Source of the DNA: Verrucomicrobiota bacterium | GTDB lineage: Bacteria; Verrucomicrobiota; Kiritimatiellia; RFP12; UBA1067 | Direction of reading: 5' to 3' | NCBI GenBank assembly: GCA_016288465.1 | Contig: JAEEZC010000162.1 | Coordinates: 1 to 37,434, forward strand | DNA: 37,434 nucleotides | Part shown: piece by piece, positions 1-8,211 of the stretch | Position numbering within the stretch: the stretch's first letter is position 1 | Layout of the letters: every line of letters begins with the position of its first letter | The notes under the pieces: model-generated | Database searches by the model: none | Seen by the model: only the letters and a program-made list of their open reading frames with translations | What the model was told of the DNA's origin: nothing | Position numbers and translations under genes: made by a program

Positions 1-275
1 GCCTTCTTGCCGCCGGCCGTCCTGCCGGACGCCGCAAGGTCCTGCTCCTGCATCGCTGCCCCGCGCATGTCCGCCTCGCCGAGCACGATGAAGTGGCCCG
101 ACTGGACGAGCTGGTCGGTGAGGATCGTGCCCCACGCGTCGCCAAGCTCCCACTGCCCGCGCCAGTTCGCCTTGTTCTCGAACTTGTTGACCATTATGGA
201 ATAGCGCAGACCGCTCCCGCCCGCGAAAGACGCCATCGCCGCCATGGCGAAGGCCGCTACTAACAGTTTCTTCAT
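1..275 (-). CDS. CsgG/HfaB-family protein, N-terminal part (runs off window)
   Basis: Not in ORF track. Manual translation from ATG 275: MKKLLVAAFAMAAMASFAGGSGLRYSIMVNKFENKANWRGQWELGDAWGTILTDQLVQSGHFIVLGEADMRGAAMQEQDLAASGR. Signal peptide, CsgG-like FEN...LVQSGHFIVL...EQDL pattern, AAGGAG SD at 285-290. Confidence 0.75.
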   Translation of the reverse strand, partial: MKKLLVAAFAMAAMASFAGGSGLRYSIMVNKFENKANWRGQWELGDAWGTILTDQLVQSGHFIVLGEADMRGAAMQEQDLAASGRTAGGKK

Positions 276-331
276 GTCTTGGTGCTCCTTTGTTGTTATG
301 TTTCCGTTTTAAAAGCGCCTCGCCCCGCGCG

Positions 332-1687
332 TCACTTGACGTCCTGCGCGCCCTTGCCGGAGACCGCGCCGAACAGCTTCAGCGCGTCCTCGAGCGGATA
401 GCGGTTGCAGAACATGTCGCACTTCGTGGTAATCGTGCCCTGAAGCGGAAGCCCGAGGACGCTCCTCAGCCCGTTGCACTTGCCCTCGTCGAGCTTCGTC
501 GACTCGGAGTACTTCATCGAGAGGAACGAGTTCAGGTACTTCGCGTTGATGCGGCCCTTGAACGCCGCAGGGTCCTTGAGGTCCTCGTTGTCCTCTATGG
601 ACTCGATGCCGTCGGTCCCCTCAAGGTCCTCGAACCCGTCGACGCGCACCTTCGCGATGGAGGGCGAGACCGTCATCTGGATGTCGCTCTCGCGGTTCAG
701 GAAGAAGACGTTCCCGTCGATGGACTGCCTCTTGAGCCCGCCCGCGCCCTTCGTGTTGTCGTAGCCGGTCAGAACGTTGAGGCCAATCACGTTGTCCTTG
801 ATCGTGGCGTTGACGCCAGTGTTGTTCCTGACGCCGAAGCCCATGTCGGCGAGGTCGTTGAGGCGGCTCCAGGTGAAGAGGACCGTGTTGTTCTTGAAAA
901 GCCAGTTGACCTCGGGCTTCCAGCCCGCCTTCGCCTTGTTCGGGCCGTCCTGCGGAATAGCCTTCGAGCACAGCACGTTCGCGCCGATCATGCGGTTGTT
1001 GCAGAAGACGCAGTTCTCCACGACGACGTCGCCCTGGTACCACGTTACGTTGAACGCGATGTTGCCCGAGTTGACGAACGCGCAGTTCGTGAACGAGAGC
1101 TTGCCGGTCGCGCGATTGGCCGTCGCCGAGTAGACGAGGTAGCGGTTGGGGGACGGGAACTTGTCGCGCGTCCTGTTCATCGCAGGTCCCTCGAGCCACA
1201 TGCCCGTGTCGAAGCCCTCGGGCTTGCCCTTCGTCTCGTGGTACGAGTTCGCAAAGCCCTCGTCGAATATGAGTCCGTCGAACTTCATGTCCACGCCGTC
1301 GGGATGCTTCGGACGCTTCGTGAAGTCGATCGTGAAGACGCCGAGCCCCGCCCCCTTCTTGTCGTTGTTCTCGTTCAGGGCCTGGAACATCGTCTTGTGC
1401 TCGAGGGGCTTGCGCGCAGCGAAGTCCTTGGAATAGCCGCCGATGACGGACACGGCCTTGTCGATGAGGAACCAGTTCTGCTTCATCTTGCCGGGATACA
1501 CGCCCTCGGCGAGATGGATCGTGTCGCCGTCCTCGGCCTTCTCAAGCGCCTTCCAGAGGTTTTTGAGCGGAGACTCCTTCGTCCCCTCGTTCTTGTTCTT
1601 GCCGGTCTCGACAGACACGTATATATCCGCAGCCCCCGCTGCAAACGCCGAAGCAGCGGCGACAAGGGCGACAATAGACTTGCTCAT
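332..1687 (-). CDS. Secreted right-handed parallel beta-helix protein (DUF1565-like N-terminus)
   Basis: Signal peptide, then IYVS..G...NEGTKESPLKNLWKALEKAEDGDTIHLAEGVY and Asn-ladder strands (VVENCVFCNN, FKNNTV, IKDNV, IDGNVF). GGGAGG SD. Confidence 0.8.
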   Translation of the reverse strand: MSKSIVALVAAASAFAAGAADIYVSVETGKNKNEGTKESPLKNLWKALEKAEDGDTIHLAEGVYPGKMKQNWFLIDKAVSVIGGYSKDFAARKPLEHKTMFQALNENNDKKGAGLGVFTIDFTKRPKHPDGVDMKFDGLIFDEGFANSYHETKGKPEGFDTGMWLEGPAMNRTRDKFPSPNRYLVYSATANRATGKLSFTNCAFVNSGNIAFNVTWYQGDVVVENCVFCNNRMIGANVLCSKAIPQDGPNKAKAGWKPEVNWLFKNNTVLFTWSRLNDLADMGFGVRNNTGVNATIKDNVIGLNVLTGYDNTKGAGGLKRQSIDGNVFFLNRESDIQMTVSPSIAKVRVDGFEDLEGTDGIESIEDNEDLKDPAAFKGRINAKYLNSFLSMKYSESTKLDEGKCNGLRSVLGLPLQGTITTKCDMFCNRYPLEDALKLFGAVSGKGAQDVK

Positions 1688-1726
1688 CTGGACAAAACCT
1701 CCCTTTGTGTTTTACGTTGCCCCTAT

Positions 1727-1735
1727 ATTCTACCA
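1727..1735 (-). promoter_or_regulatory. Extended -10 (TGGTAGAAT) for beta-helix/CsgG genes
   Basis: TGnTAnnnT match 40 bp upstream of the ATG, followed by an SD-bearing leader. Confidence 0.55.
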
Positions 1736-1893
1736 AAACATGGAGCCGTATGGCAATACGAATCGCGTCAGGAAACTGGCCGAATTCCTCTTCTTGGCGG
1801 CCAAATTCGCTCTGCTACGCGGACTGCCTTCTGTCCACAAGAGACGCGCGGTTCCGGCACACTAGCGTCGCACGACGCGACCGCTTTGTCGTT

Positions 1894-1968
1894 TGGCTTG
1901 GGTGGCGGGACTCGAACCTGCAACAGTCGCATTAACAGTGCGATGCACTACCATTGTGCTACACCCAA
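1894..1968 (-). tRNA. tRNA-Asn (GTT)
   Basis: Cloverleaf: acceptor TTGGGTG/CACCCAA, anticodon arm TCGCA-CTGTTAA-TGCGA, TTCGAGT loop, G73, encoded CCA. One A-C mismatch in the T-stem. Confidence 0.92.
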
Positions 1969-1972
1969 TCAC

Positions 1973-2046
1973 TGGAAGTCCGGACGGGATTCGAACCCGT
2001 GTACACGGTTTTGCAGACCGCGACCTGGCCACTCGGTCACCGGACT
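1973..2046 (-). tRNA. tRNA-Cys (GCA)
   Basis: Acceptor AGTCCGG/CCGGACT, anticodon arm GCGGT-CTGCAAA-ACCGT, T-arm ACGGG-TTCGAAT-CCCGT, U73, encoded CCA. Confidence 0.93.
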
Positions 2047-2054
2047 GCCGAAAT

Positions 2055-2441
2055 TCACGAAATCGCCTTCATTCCATGTTCATGCAGCCTTTCGCTGACG
2101 CGCTGCAAGTCGCCAATGCCCTCTTCAATCGCCTCTGCGAATATCACATCCTCCGGAATAGCCGGCGAAAGCGCAAAGCCAGCCGACCTGAGCAGCTCGT
2201 CCGCGTCCTCCCTCCCGAGCCGCAGGGCCAGCGCGAACTGGATCGCTGTGCGCTTGGCGACGGGACGGAATGGATGCGAGACGATCGAACTGTACGTGCG
2301 CCGGTCGATCCGCGCGGCAGAGTAGACGGCGGGCGCGTCGCCTCCTCGGGAACGCACATGGCGCACCAGCAGATCGGCGAACGTGCCGCTGCGGGAGAAC
2401 TGCCTTGACTTAGTCTTGGAACTTGTGAAGCTGCTGTACAT
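2055..2441 (-). CDS. XRE-like HTH protein (type often seen C-terminal to macro domains)
   Basis: TFADLL...DAPAVYSAARIDRRTYSSI...KRTAIQFALALRL..EDADELLRSAGFALS....EDVIF pattern. GAGG SD 7 nt before ATG 2441. Start could lie further upstream. Confidence 0.7.
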   Translation of the reverse strand: MYSSFTSSKTKSRQFSRSGTFADLLVRHVRSRGGDAPAVYSAARIDRRTYSSIVSHPFRPVAKRTAIQFALALRLGREDADELLRSAGFALSPAIPEDVIFAEAIEEGIGDLQRVSERLHEHGMKAIS

Positions 2442-2508
2442 CGTTGGACCTCTTGAAGTGGATTGCGGAACGGGACGCGGCATTCCGGACAATCCGAGGT
2501 CCGGAACG

Positions 2509-2559
2509 TCATGCGGGATTATTGACCCGCGAATTTCTATTACAGAGCTGATGTCTCAT
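2509..2559 (-). CDS. Putative 16-aa uORF MRHQLCNRNSRVNNPA
   Basis: ATG 10 nt downstream of TGGTATAAT; 4 AAT (Asn) and 1 TGT (Cys) codons. Confidence 0.35.
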   Translation of the reverse strand: MRHQLCNRNSRVNNPA

Positions 2560-2569
2560 AACGCCGCGT

Positions 2570-2578
2570 ATTATACCA
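2570..2578 (-). promoter_or_regulatory. Extended -10 (TGGTATAAT) upstream of the uORF-HTH-tRNA unit
   Basis: Perfect TGnTATAAT. Confidence 0.65.
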
Positions 2579-3194
2579 TAACTTCCGCTCGCCCGTGGTC
2601 TCTCAACAAGAGATAATTTGTGAGACGTACGACGGAGCCGGCATCCTTCGCAGACAGCTCGCCATCGCACATCAACGACTCCTCATTGCAAGTCCACATG
2701 GTCAAGCCATCGCCAGAGATTGTAAGCGCCTCCAGACTATAATTTTCAGCGCTTTGATTCAATATGACAGGAACAGGAGCGGAGCGGAGCTCTGCTCCAT
2801 TGGCAGGGTTGAATTCGCGAATAAGCGAGCGTGTTGTTTTCGAGAGACACTCTTGCGAGACCCACACATTACCCGAAGCGGGATCAAACGCGCAGCCTTC
2901 CACGTCAACGCCTTTGGAATTTTCAAGCGCAACTTCATCCCCTGCCCAAGCATCCCCGTCGATCCTTCCATCATCATAGAACTTAATGTAGAGACGGCAA
3001 AGCGCATCCTGTTTGTCGTCCACCGCGTAAAACAGGTCTCTTTCGTAAGAGTCTACATAGGTAACGCCACTAAGTTCTGATGCTGGGCCATATCTATCCG
3101 CCTCATCAATTTTGATGACATTCAATTCCGCCGACGCCGAAAGAGCGGCAAGCGCCGCCGCGGCGAGAACCGCCGCACAACATTTTCCGTTCAT
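2571..3194 (-). pseudogene. Esterase-like activity of phytase family (beta-propeller), apparently C-terminally truncated
   Basis: Signal peptide; ELSGVTY, YAVDD, DVEGCAFDP...VWVSQE, NYSLEALTISGDGLTMWTCNEESL..DG...GSVVRL motifs. Ends shortly after VVRLT, where such proteins normally continue. Confidence 0.65.
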
Positions 3195-3316
3195 TTGACT
3201 CCCTTTCCTTATTGTCAACGCTTACCCTCCATACGTGTTCAACGAGTGAATCGAAAATCGCGTTGGGTCGAAAATGCGAAGGCAGCAGGCTAGGACCCGC
3301 CGGCGCAGCCGCGAAG

Positions 3317-3345
3317 TTGCCCTTTTCCGCCGCGTGTGCTATACT
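3317..3345 (+). promoter_or_regulatory. Sigma70 promoter TTGCCC-17-TATACT (extended TG), leaderless
   Basis: -10 ends 6 nt before ATG 3352; no SD. Confidence 0.7.
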
Positions 3346-3351
3346 TCCAGC

Positions 3352-4542
3352 ATGAAAAGGGCGTTACGAATAGCGGTACAAGTGGAAACCAACCGAGCGC
3401 ACGGGCGGGCCCTGCTTGAGGGGATCGCCGACTACGCGCTCGCACACACGGACTGGCGGCTCGAACCCGTTGAGCCTGGCCTGCTCACCGACCCTTCGCG
3501 CGCAGGCGGCTTCGACGGCCTCATCGTGCGCGTGATGGACGACACGACCGCCGACGCGCTCGTCGCCGCCAAGCGTCCGACTGTCGACGTATACGGACGG
3601 CTGGACAAAAGCCCTATTCCATACATCCGCCTTGACGACGACGCCATCGGCGCATGCGCCGCTCGCTGCTTCGCCGAGCACCGATACTCGCGCTGCGCCT
3701 ACTGCGGATTCTCCGGGCTGCGGTTCTCGGACGCCCGAGGAGAGTCCTTCGCCCGCAACATCGCGCTCGGCGGCGGAACCTGCACGACCTACGACGGAGG
3801 GCTTGCCCGTCTAAAGGAGACGTTCGTCCGGGAGGAGCGAATGGACCGCATAATGGACGATGAGAGCCTCCGCAGCTGGCTCCGCGCGCTGCCCAAGCCC
3901 GTTGCCGTGTTCTGCTGCAACGACATAAGGGCGTTCCAGCTGCTGAAGGCGTGCTCAGACGAGAGAATCGAAGTGCCGCAAGAAGTGGCCGTGCTGGGCG
4001 TCGACAACGACCGCGTGCTGTGCACCTTCGCAAATCCGCCTCTTTCCAGCATCGAGACGAACCCCTTCTCGCTGGGCATGCGCGCCGCAGAAATGCTTAA
4101 CGCGCAGATCTCGTCGCCGGACGAACAGCCTCCCATGGCAGTCCTCCACGCGCCGCGCCGCGTCGTCGAACGGACGTCCACGGAGTTCTATCCGACGAAG
4201 ACGCCCTGGCTTTCCGACGCGCTCGTGTACATTAGGCGCAATCTGGGCAAGGGCGTCTCGGCTGCGGACGTCACGGCCCATATTGGCTATTCGCACACGA
4301 CGGTCGGCAAGGTCTTCAAGGAGGAGCTCGGCACAAGCGTCCAGCAGGTGATCATTCGTCTGCGCCGTGAAATGGCATGCAGACTGCTCAAGGAGACGAA
4401 GCGCACGGCCGCCGACATTGCGGCGGACTGCGGATACCCGTCTGCGCAGTACTTCGCGCACCAGTTCTCGGCGCACTTCGGGACGACGCCGGACGTCTGG
4501 CGCAAGCGCGCCCGTCAGACGGACGCCGCAAAGCCGACGTAG
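3352..4542 (+). CDS. XylR-type transcriptional regulator (periplasmic-binding-like domain + AraC HTH)
   Basis: LPKPVAVFCCNDIRA, VPQEVAVLGVDND, PPLSSI, VVERTST, AraC tail IAADCGYPSAQYFAHQF...GTTPDVWR. Confidence 0.92.
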   Translation: MKRALRIAVQVETNRAHGRALLEGIADYALAHTDWRLEPVEPGLLTDPSRAGGFDGLIVRVMDDTTADALVAAKRPTVDVYGRLDKSPIPYIRLDDDAIGACAARCFAEHRYSRCAYCGFSGLRFSDARGESFARNIALGGGTCTTYDGGLARLKETFVREERMDRIMDDESLRSWLRALPKPVAVFCCNDIRAFQLLKACSDERIEVPQEVAVLGVDNDRVLCTFANPPLSSIETNPFSLGMRAAEMLNAQISSPDEQPPMAVLHAPRRVVERTSTEFYPTKTPWLSDALVYIRRNLGKGVSAADVTAHIGYSHTTVGKVFKEELGTSVQQVIIRLRREMACRLLKETKRTAADIAADCGYPSAQYFAHQFSAHFGTTPDVWRKRARQTDAAKPT

Positions 4543-5672
4543 GCCGGGTATATCGCCTCGGCCCTGAGGCAGTCCGGCAACGAGACCGCGCCATGCCTCG
4601 CGAGGATGCGGATTGCCGCAGCCGCCGACTCGGGCGAGCCGAAGTCGTATGTCGCCCCAAGCCCGAACTCGCTGATCAACGCGCCGCATTCGCCGTGCAG
4701 CGAGCTGACGACGGGAAGCGCCGCCGCAAGATAGTCGCCCAGCTTGTAGGGCAGTCCAACCCAGCTGTCGTCCCTCATCGGGATCACCCCGATGTCGCAG
4801 TCCGCCAGGAGCCTCCGAAGCTCGTCCGCGCCAAGATAGCCGTGGAACCTCACCCTTCCGCCTAGGCCAAGCCGCCCGACAGTCTGCCTGAAGGACGCCT
4901 CGCGCGGCCCCGAGCCCGCGACATCGAGCGTAAGGCGAGAGTCCAGCGCCAGCGCTCCCGCGACTGTGTCGAGATCATAGCCTTCGCCAATGTTCCCGAT
5001 GTAGACGAGCCGAGTACGCTCGCGGTCCGGCCGAGGGCGCACGTCGGAAGGACGCGCGGATTCAATGCCGTGGTAGAAAAGCCTATAGTCCTCGCGACCG
5101 CATACGCCGCGGTATCTCTCGCTCACGCCCGTCACGGCGTCCGCCTCCCGGTAAAGGCGCCGCGCCGCAATGCGCATCGGGGCGAGAAGAGCGTCGCCGG
5201 CGCGTCCAAGGCATTTGGGCAGAAGCCGCCCGAAGGTTTCCGGCCACGCGTCCTGCACGTCCAAGACGAACTTCGCGCCAAACCGCCGCGCAAGGCCCAT
5301 CATCGACGAGGCGGCGCCAAGCGTGGGCGTCGCGGAGACGACAAGGCCCGGACGCGCCGCCGGCTCGGAGGCGGCAAGCTCCAGCGCAGCCGACTTCAGC
5401 CTGCGCGCGTAGACTGCATGGGAAAACGCGCGCCTGACGGAGACGTTTGCGGAGTAGGCGGGAACCGGCACCACAACAGTGGAGATGCCCGAAGCCTCCG
5501 CGCTTTCGGCCAGCAGCGCTCTTGGCGCCTTTGCGACGTGATTGAAGCCGGCGGTGAAGTAGACAACCCTGTACCCTGCGGCGGCAAACGCCTCCGCCAT
5601 CAGCCAATAGCGCTGCTTTCTGTACCCTTCGGCCGGAAGGTTGTCGAACGGAGACTGTATCCAGACCGTCAT
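4515..5672 (-). CDS. Glycosyltransferase family 4 (WbuB-like)
   Basis: VLDVQDAWPE, LVYIGNIG, LPYKLGDYLAAALPVV. ATGA-coupled to dus. Confidence 0.85.
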   Translation of the reverse strand: MTVWIQSPFDNLPAEGYRKQRYWLMAEAFAAAGYRVVYFTAGFNHVAKAPRALLAESAEASGISTVVVPVPAYSANVSVRRAFSHAVYARRLKSAALELAASEPAARPGLVVSATPTLGAASSMMGLARRFGAKFVLDVQDAWPETFGRLLPKCLGRAGDALLAPMRIAARRLYREADAVTGVSERYRGVCGREDYRLFYHGIESARPSDVRPRPDRERTRLVYIGNIGEGYDLDTVAGALALDSRLTLDVAGSGPREASFRQTVGRLGLGGRVRFHGYLGADELRRLLADCDIGVIPMRDDSWVGLPYKLGDYLAAALPVVSSLHGECGALISEFGLGATYDFGSPESAAAAIRILARHGAVSLPDCLRAEAIYPAYVGFAASV

Positions 5673-6625
5673 GCGACAGCGTCTCCCCTGCGGCAGGCCG
5701 CAATGACCGACTCTATCTCGGCAATGGTGCGCACTGTGTTGAGGCGGGCGCGAAGAGCCGCCGCGCCCGGACGCCCGCTGAAATAGCGGAAGAGGTGCGT
5801 GTGCATCTTCACCGAGGCGTATCCGTCAGGAGACGGAAGGCGTGCACCAGGATAGCGGCTCACGAGCAGTTCGCGGAACTGGAGGATGTAGGAAAGATGG
5901 CGTTCCGCCACATCTACCGACGGAGTCGGCGTGACCGGCGCGCCCTTCAGCTTCGCGAATATTGCGGGGTCGCCAAGCGCCGCGCGGCCGATCATTATCG
6001 CGGCTACGCCTGTGCGGGCCATCGCATCGGCCGTGGCGCGACTGACGACGGATCCGTTGCCGGTAACGGGGATGCGGGAGCGAGCGACGACCTCGGCAAG
6101 CGTGTCCAGATGGACCTCGCCTCCGTGCATCTGCGACGTATAGCGGGCGTGAACCGCGACGCCCTTTGCGCCGGCCTTTTCAGCCGCATCCACGATCTCG
6201 AAGACCGTTGTCCAGCCCGGGCGCGGCCCAAGGCGCGTCTTGAGCGTCACCGGGAGCGGCGTGTTTTCGGTCATCGCCTTCAGCAGACGGTATATCTTCT
6301 CAGGATCCTCCACAAGCTTCGCGCCGGCTCCCTCGCGCGTGACCTTCGTCATCGGACAGCCCGCGTTCAGGCCAATCTCGGCAAAGCCGGAAGGAATCGT
6401 CCTAACTGAATACGCAAGCTCATCCTCCTTGGCGCCGAACAGCTGCACGGCGGTCGGGCCCTCGCCAGGCATGGTCTCCATCAGCCGCCGAGTGGGCTCC
6501 GAGCCGTGGGCCAGCCCAGCCGCCGAGACCATCTCGGTGTACACGAGGTCCGCGCCGCCCTCTCGGCACAGGCGGCGGAACGGCGCGTCGGTGAACCCGG
6601 CGAGAGGCGCGAGAACGAACTTCAT
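5669..6625 (-). CDS. dus: tRNA-dihydrouridine synthase (DusB-like)
   Basis: LAPLAGFTDAPFR, YTEMVS, VQLFG, LNAGCP, VTLKTRLG, AVHAR, GNG, IMIGRAALGDP. True start ATG 6625 (ATGA overlap). Confidence 0.93.
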   Translation of the reverse strand: MKFVLAPLAGFTDAPFRRLCREGGADLVYTEMVSAAGLAHGSEPTRRLMETMPGEGPTAVQLFGAKEDELAYSVRTIPSGFAEIGLNAGCPMTKVTREGAGAKLVEDPEKIYRLLKAMTENTPLPVTLKTRLGPRPGWTTVFEIVDAAEKAGAKGVAVHARYTSQMHGGEVHLDTLAEVVARSRIPVTGNGSVVSRATADAMARTGVAAIMIGRAALGDPAIFAKLKGAPVTPTPSVDVAERHLSYILQFRELLVSRYPGARLPSPDGYASVKMHTHLFRYFSGRPGAAALRARLNTVRTIAEIESVIAACRRGDAVA

Positions 6626-8211
6626 CGGCCCTTGCCAGAGACCGGCTTCAGACCCGCCGGAGGCGTCAGCGCCGGATCGGAGTAGGGCGCGGAGCGATCC
6701 ATGCGGGCAAACGACACATAGCTCGGCACACCCCAGCCAGTGCCGTCTGCGCGGCCGAAGACCGCGATGTCCACACGGTTGACGGGCGACATGCGGGTGC
6801 GGTCGATCGTGACGCGCGCGGCGTCCGCGCCGACAGGCTCTATCCTGACGTCCACGTCGGCGCCGTGCGTCTTCACGAAACGGTACTCCGCGGCCCCTGT
6901 CGCCCGTATCGTGAACACGCGCTTCACGTCGTCGGACCGCAGCACATAGGCCCACGCACAGCTGGAGCGGTACGTGAGCTCGGGCAGAGGAGGCGCTTCC
7001 TGAGGGGGCTGCACCTCAACCGTGATCGGCACGATCGGCGGAATCGCCGAGACCTGCAGCTCGGCGGCCGCCTTCATGAGCCTGTTGGTGTCCACGCCGT
7101 CCCTGGGCATCGCCGTCGGATGCGCGCGGACGGACGTGTACTCGTCCTCCGACGAAACGCCGCGCAGGCTCTTTCGCAGAAGCGTCATGATCGTCGGAGC
7201 GAGAAGGCCCCGCCTGACGGCCTCGCGCTTCACTTCCTTTCGAAGTGAGGCCGACGCCAGAAGGGACGCCCTAAGGTACGGCAGGTCGGACCAGCTGCGG
7301 CCAGCGGTCGTAAGCCAGTACGGCGCGATGGACGCGAACACGTCGCCGTTCGTCCCCACAGGCGGAGTGTCGGCGTTCGACGGGAACACCCACACCTGGT
7401 TCGAAAGGTACAGCCGCTCCATCGCCTTGAGCCTGTTCACCTCCGTCGTGAGAATCGCCCTCGGTATCGAACGCCAGAACGGCTTCTGCACAAACGCCAT
7501 CGACGAATTGCCGAACGTGGGGTACGGGAATATCACGTTAGGCACGTTAAGGTCGAGTCCGCGGCCCTGGCCGTCCGGATCGAACTTCACCTCCGTTATC
7601 CCCGGAAACTCCGACAGGAACTTCTTCTTCGCCTCGGGCCCCTTCGGCGAGTGGCCGCCGTCGCGGTTCATGTAGAGATCGCCCGTCCAGCGATCCGCGC
7701 CGCCTTCGGCGAGCTTCAGCCTCGCAATGAAGCAGCCGACATCGAAGTCCCACATGAGATTCTGCTCGCCGAGCGCCACGACGGAGCCGAATACGCCAGT
7801 CGCGTCGACAGTGGAAAGAGGACCGGATATCATCGGCCGCGGCCGCATGTACTTCGCGTACTCCACGAGCTCCTTGAAGCGCTTCTCGGAGGACAGCCGC
7901 TTGAGGTCGGTGTCGGCCGCTATCGCCTCGGGATTTCTGAAGCCGAGGTCTATCGCGAGCTCCAGCTCGTCCAGGGCCTCGTTCTTCCTCTTCGGAAAGT
8001 ACGCAAGCGCGCAGGCGAGGTTGAAATGCCACGTCGGATCGTCCGGCAGAAGCTTGACGCCGCTGCGGCATATGGCCTCCATGTCGGCGGTCTTCCCGCG
8101 TCTCACGGCAAGGACGAACTGATCGCGCAGCCGCTCGTGCTGCGGCTGACGCGCGGGATAGTCCCAAATGGAAAGGACCGCCAGTATCGCTGCAAACAGA
8201 TTCATTGTCAT
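6622..8211 (-). CDS. Hypothetical exported protein with N-terminal TPR-like repeat
   Basis: Hydrophobic N-terminus, then PDDPTWHFNLACALA...EALDELELAIDLGF......DTDL TPR/TPR-end motif. ATGA overlaps at both ends. Confidence 0.75.
   Translation of the reverse strand: MTMNLFAAILAVLSIWDYPARQPQHERLRDQFVLAVRRGKTADMEAICRSGVKLLPDDPTWHFNLACALAYFPKRKNEALDELELAIDLGFRNPEAIAADTDLKRLSSEKRFKELVEYAKYMRPRPMISGPLSTVDATGVFGSVVALGEQNLMWDFDVGCFIARLKLAEGGADRWTGDLYMNRDGGHSPKGPEAKKKFLSEFPGITEVKFDPDGQGRGLDLNVPNVIFPYPTFGNSSMAFVQKPFWRSIPRAILTTEVNRLKAMERLYLSNQVWVFPSNADTPPVGTNGDVFASIAPYWLTTAGRSWSDLPYLRASLLASASLRKEVKREAVRRGLLAPTIMTLLRKSLRGVSSEDEYTSVRAHPTAMPRDGVDTNRLMKAAAELQVSAIPPIVPITVEVQPPQEAPPLPELTYRSSCAWAYVLRSDDVKRVFTIRATGAAEYRFVKTHGADVDVRIEPVGADAARVTIDRTRMSPVNRVDIAVFGRADGTGWGVPSYVSFARMDRSAPYSDPALTPPAGLKPVSGKGR

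Noticed and set aside
290-2098. Long + strand ORFs (also 8205-10259, 15669-17348, 19792-21243, 21386-23959, 32771-34207, 34339-36006)
   Set aside because: Antisense shadows of well-supported minus-strand genes, caused by high GC3 codon bias. No motifs, and this one also crosses two tRNAs.
1800-2100. tRNA-anchored prophage or genomic island
   Set aside because: No integrase, no duplicated tRNA 3' end noticed, and no phage genes in the window.
3251-3275. TCGAAAAT direct repeat as an XylR operator
   Set aside because: Two copies 17 bp apart and not matched at the other XylR-adjacent promoter; insufficient support.
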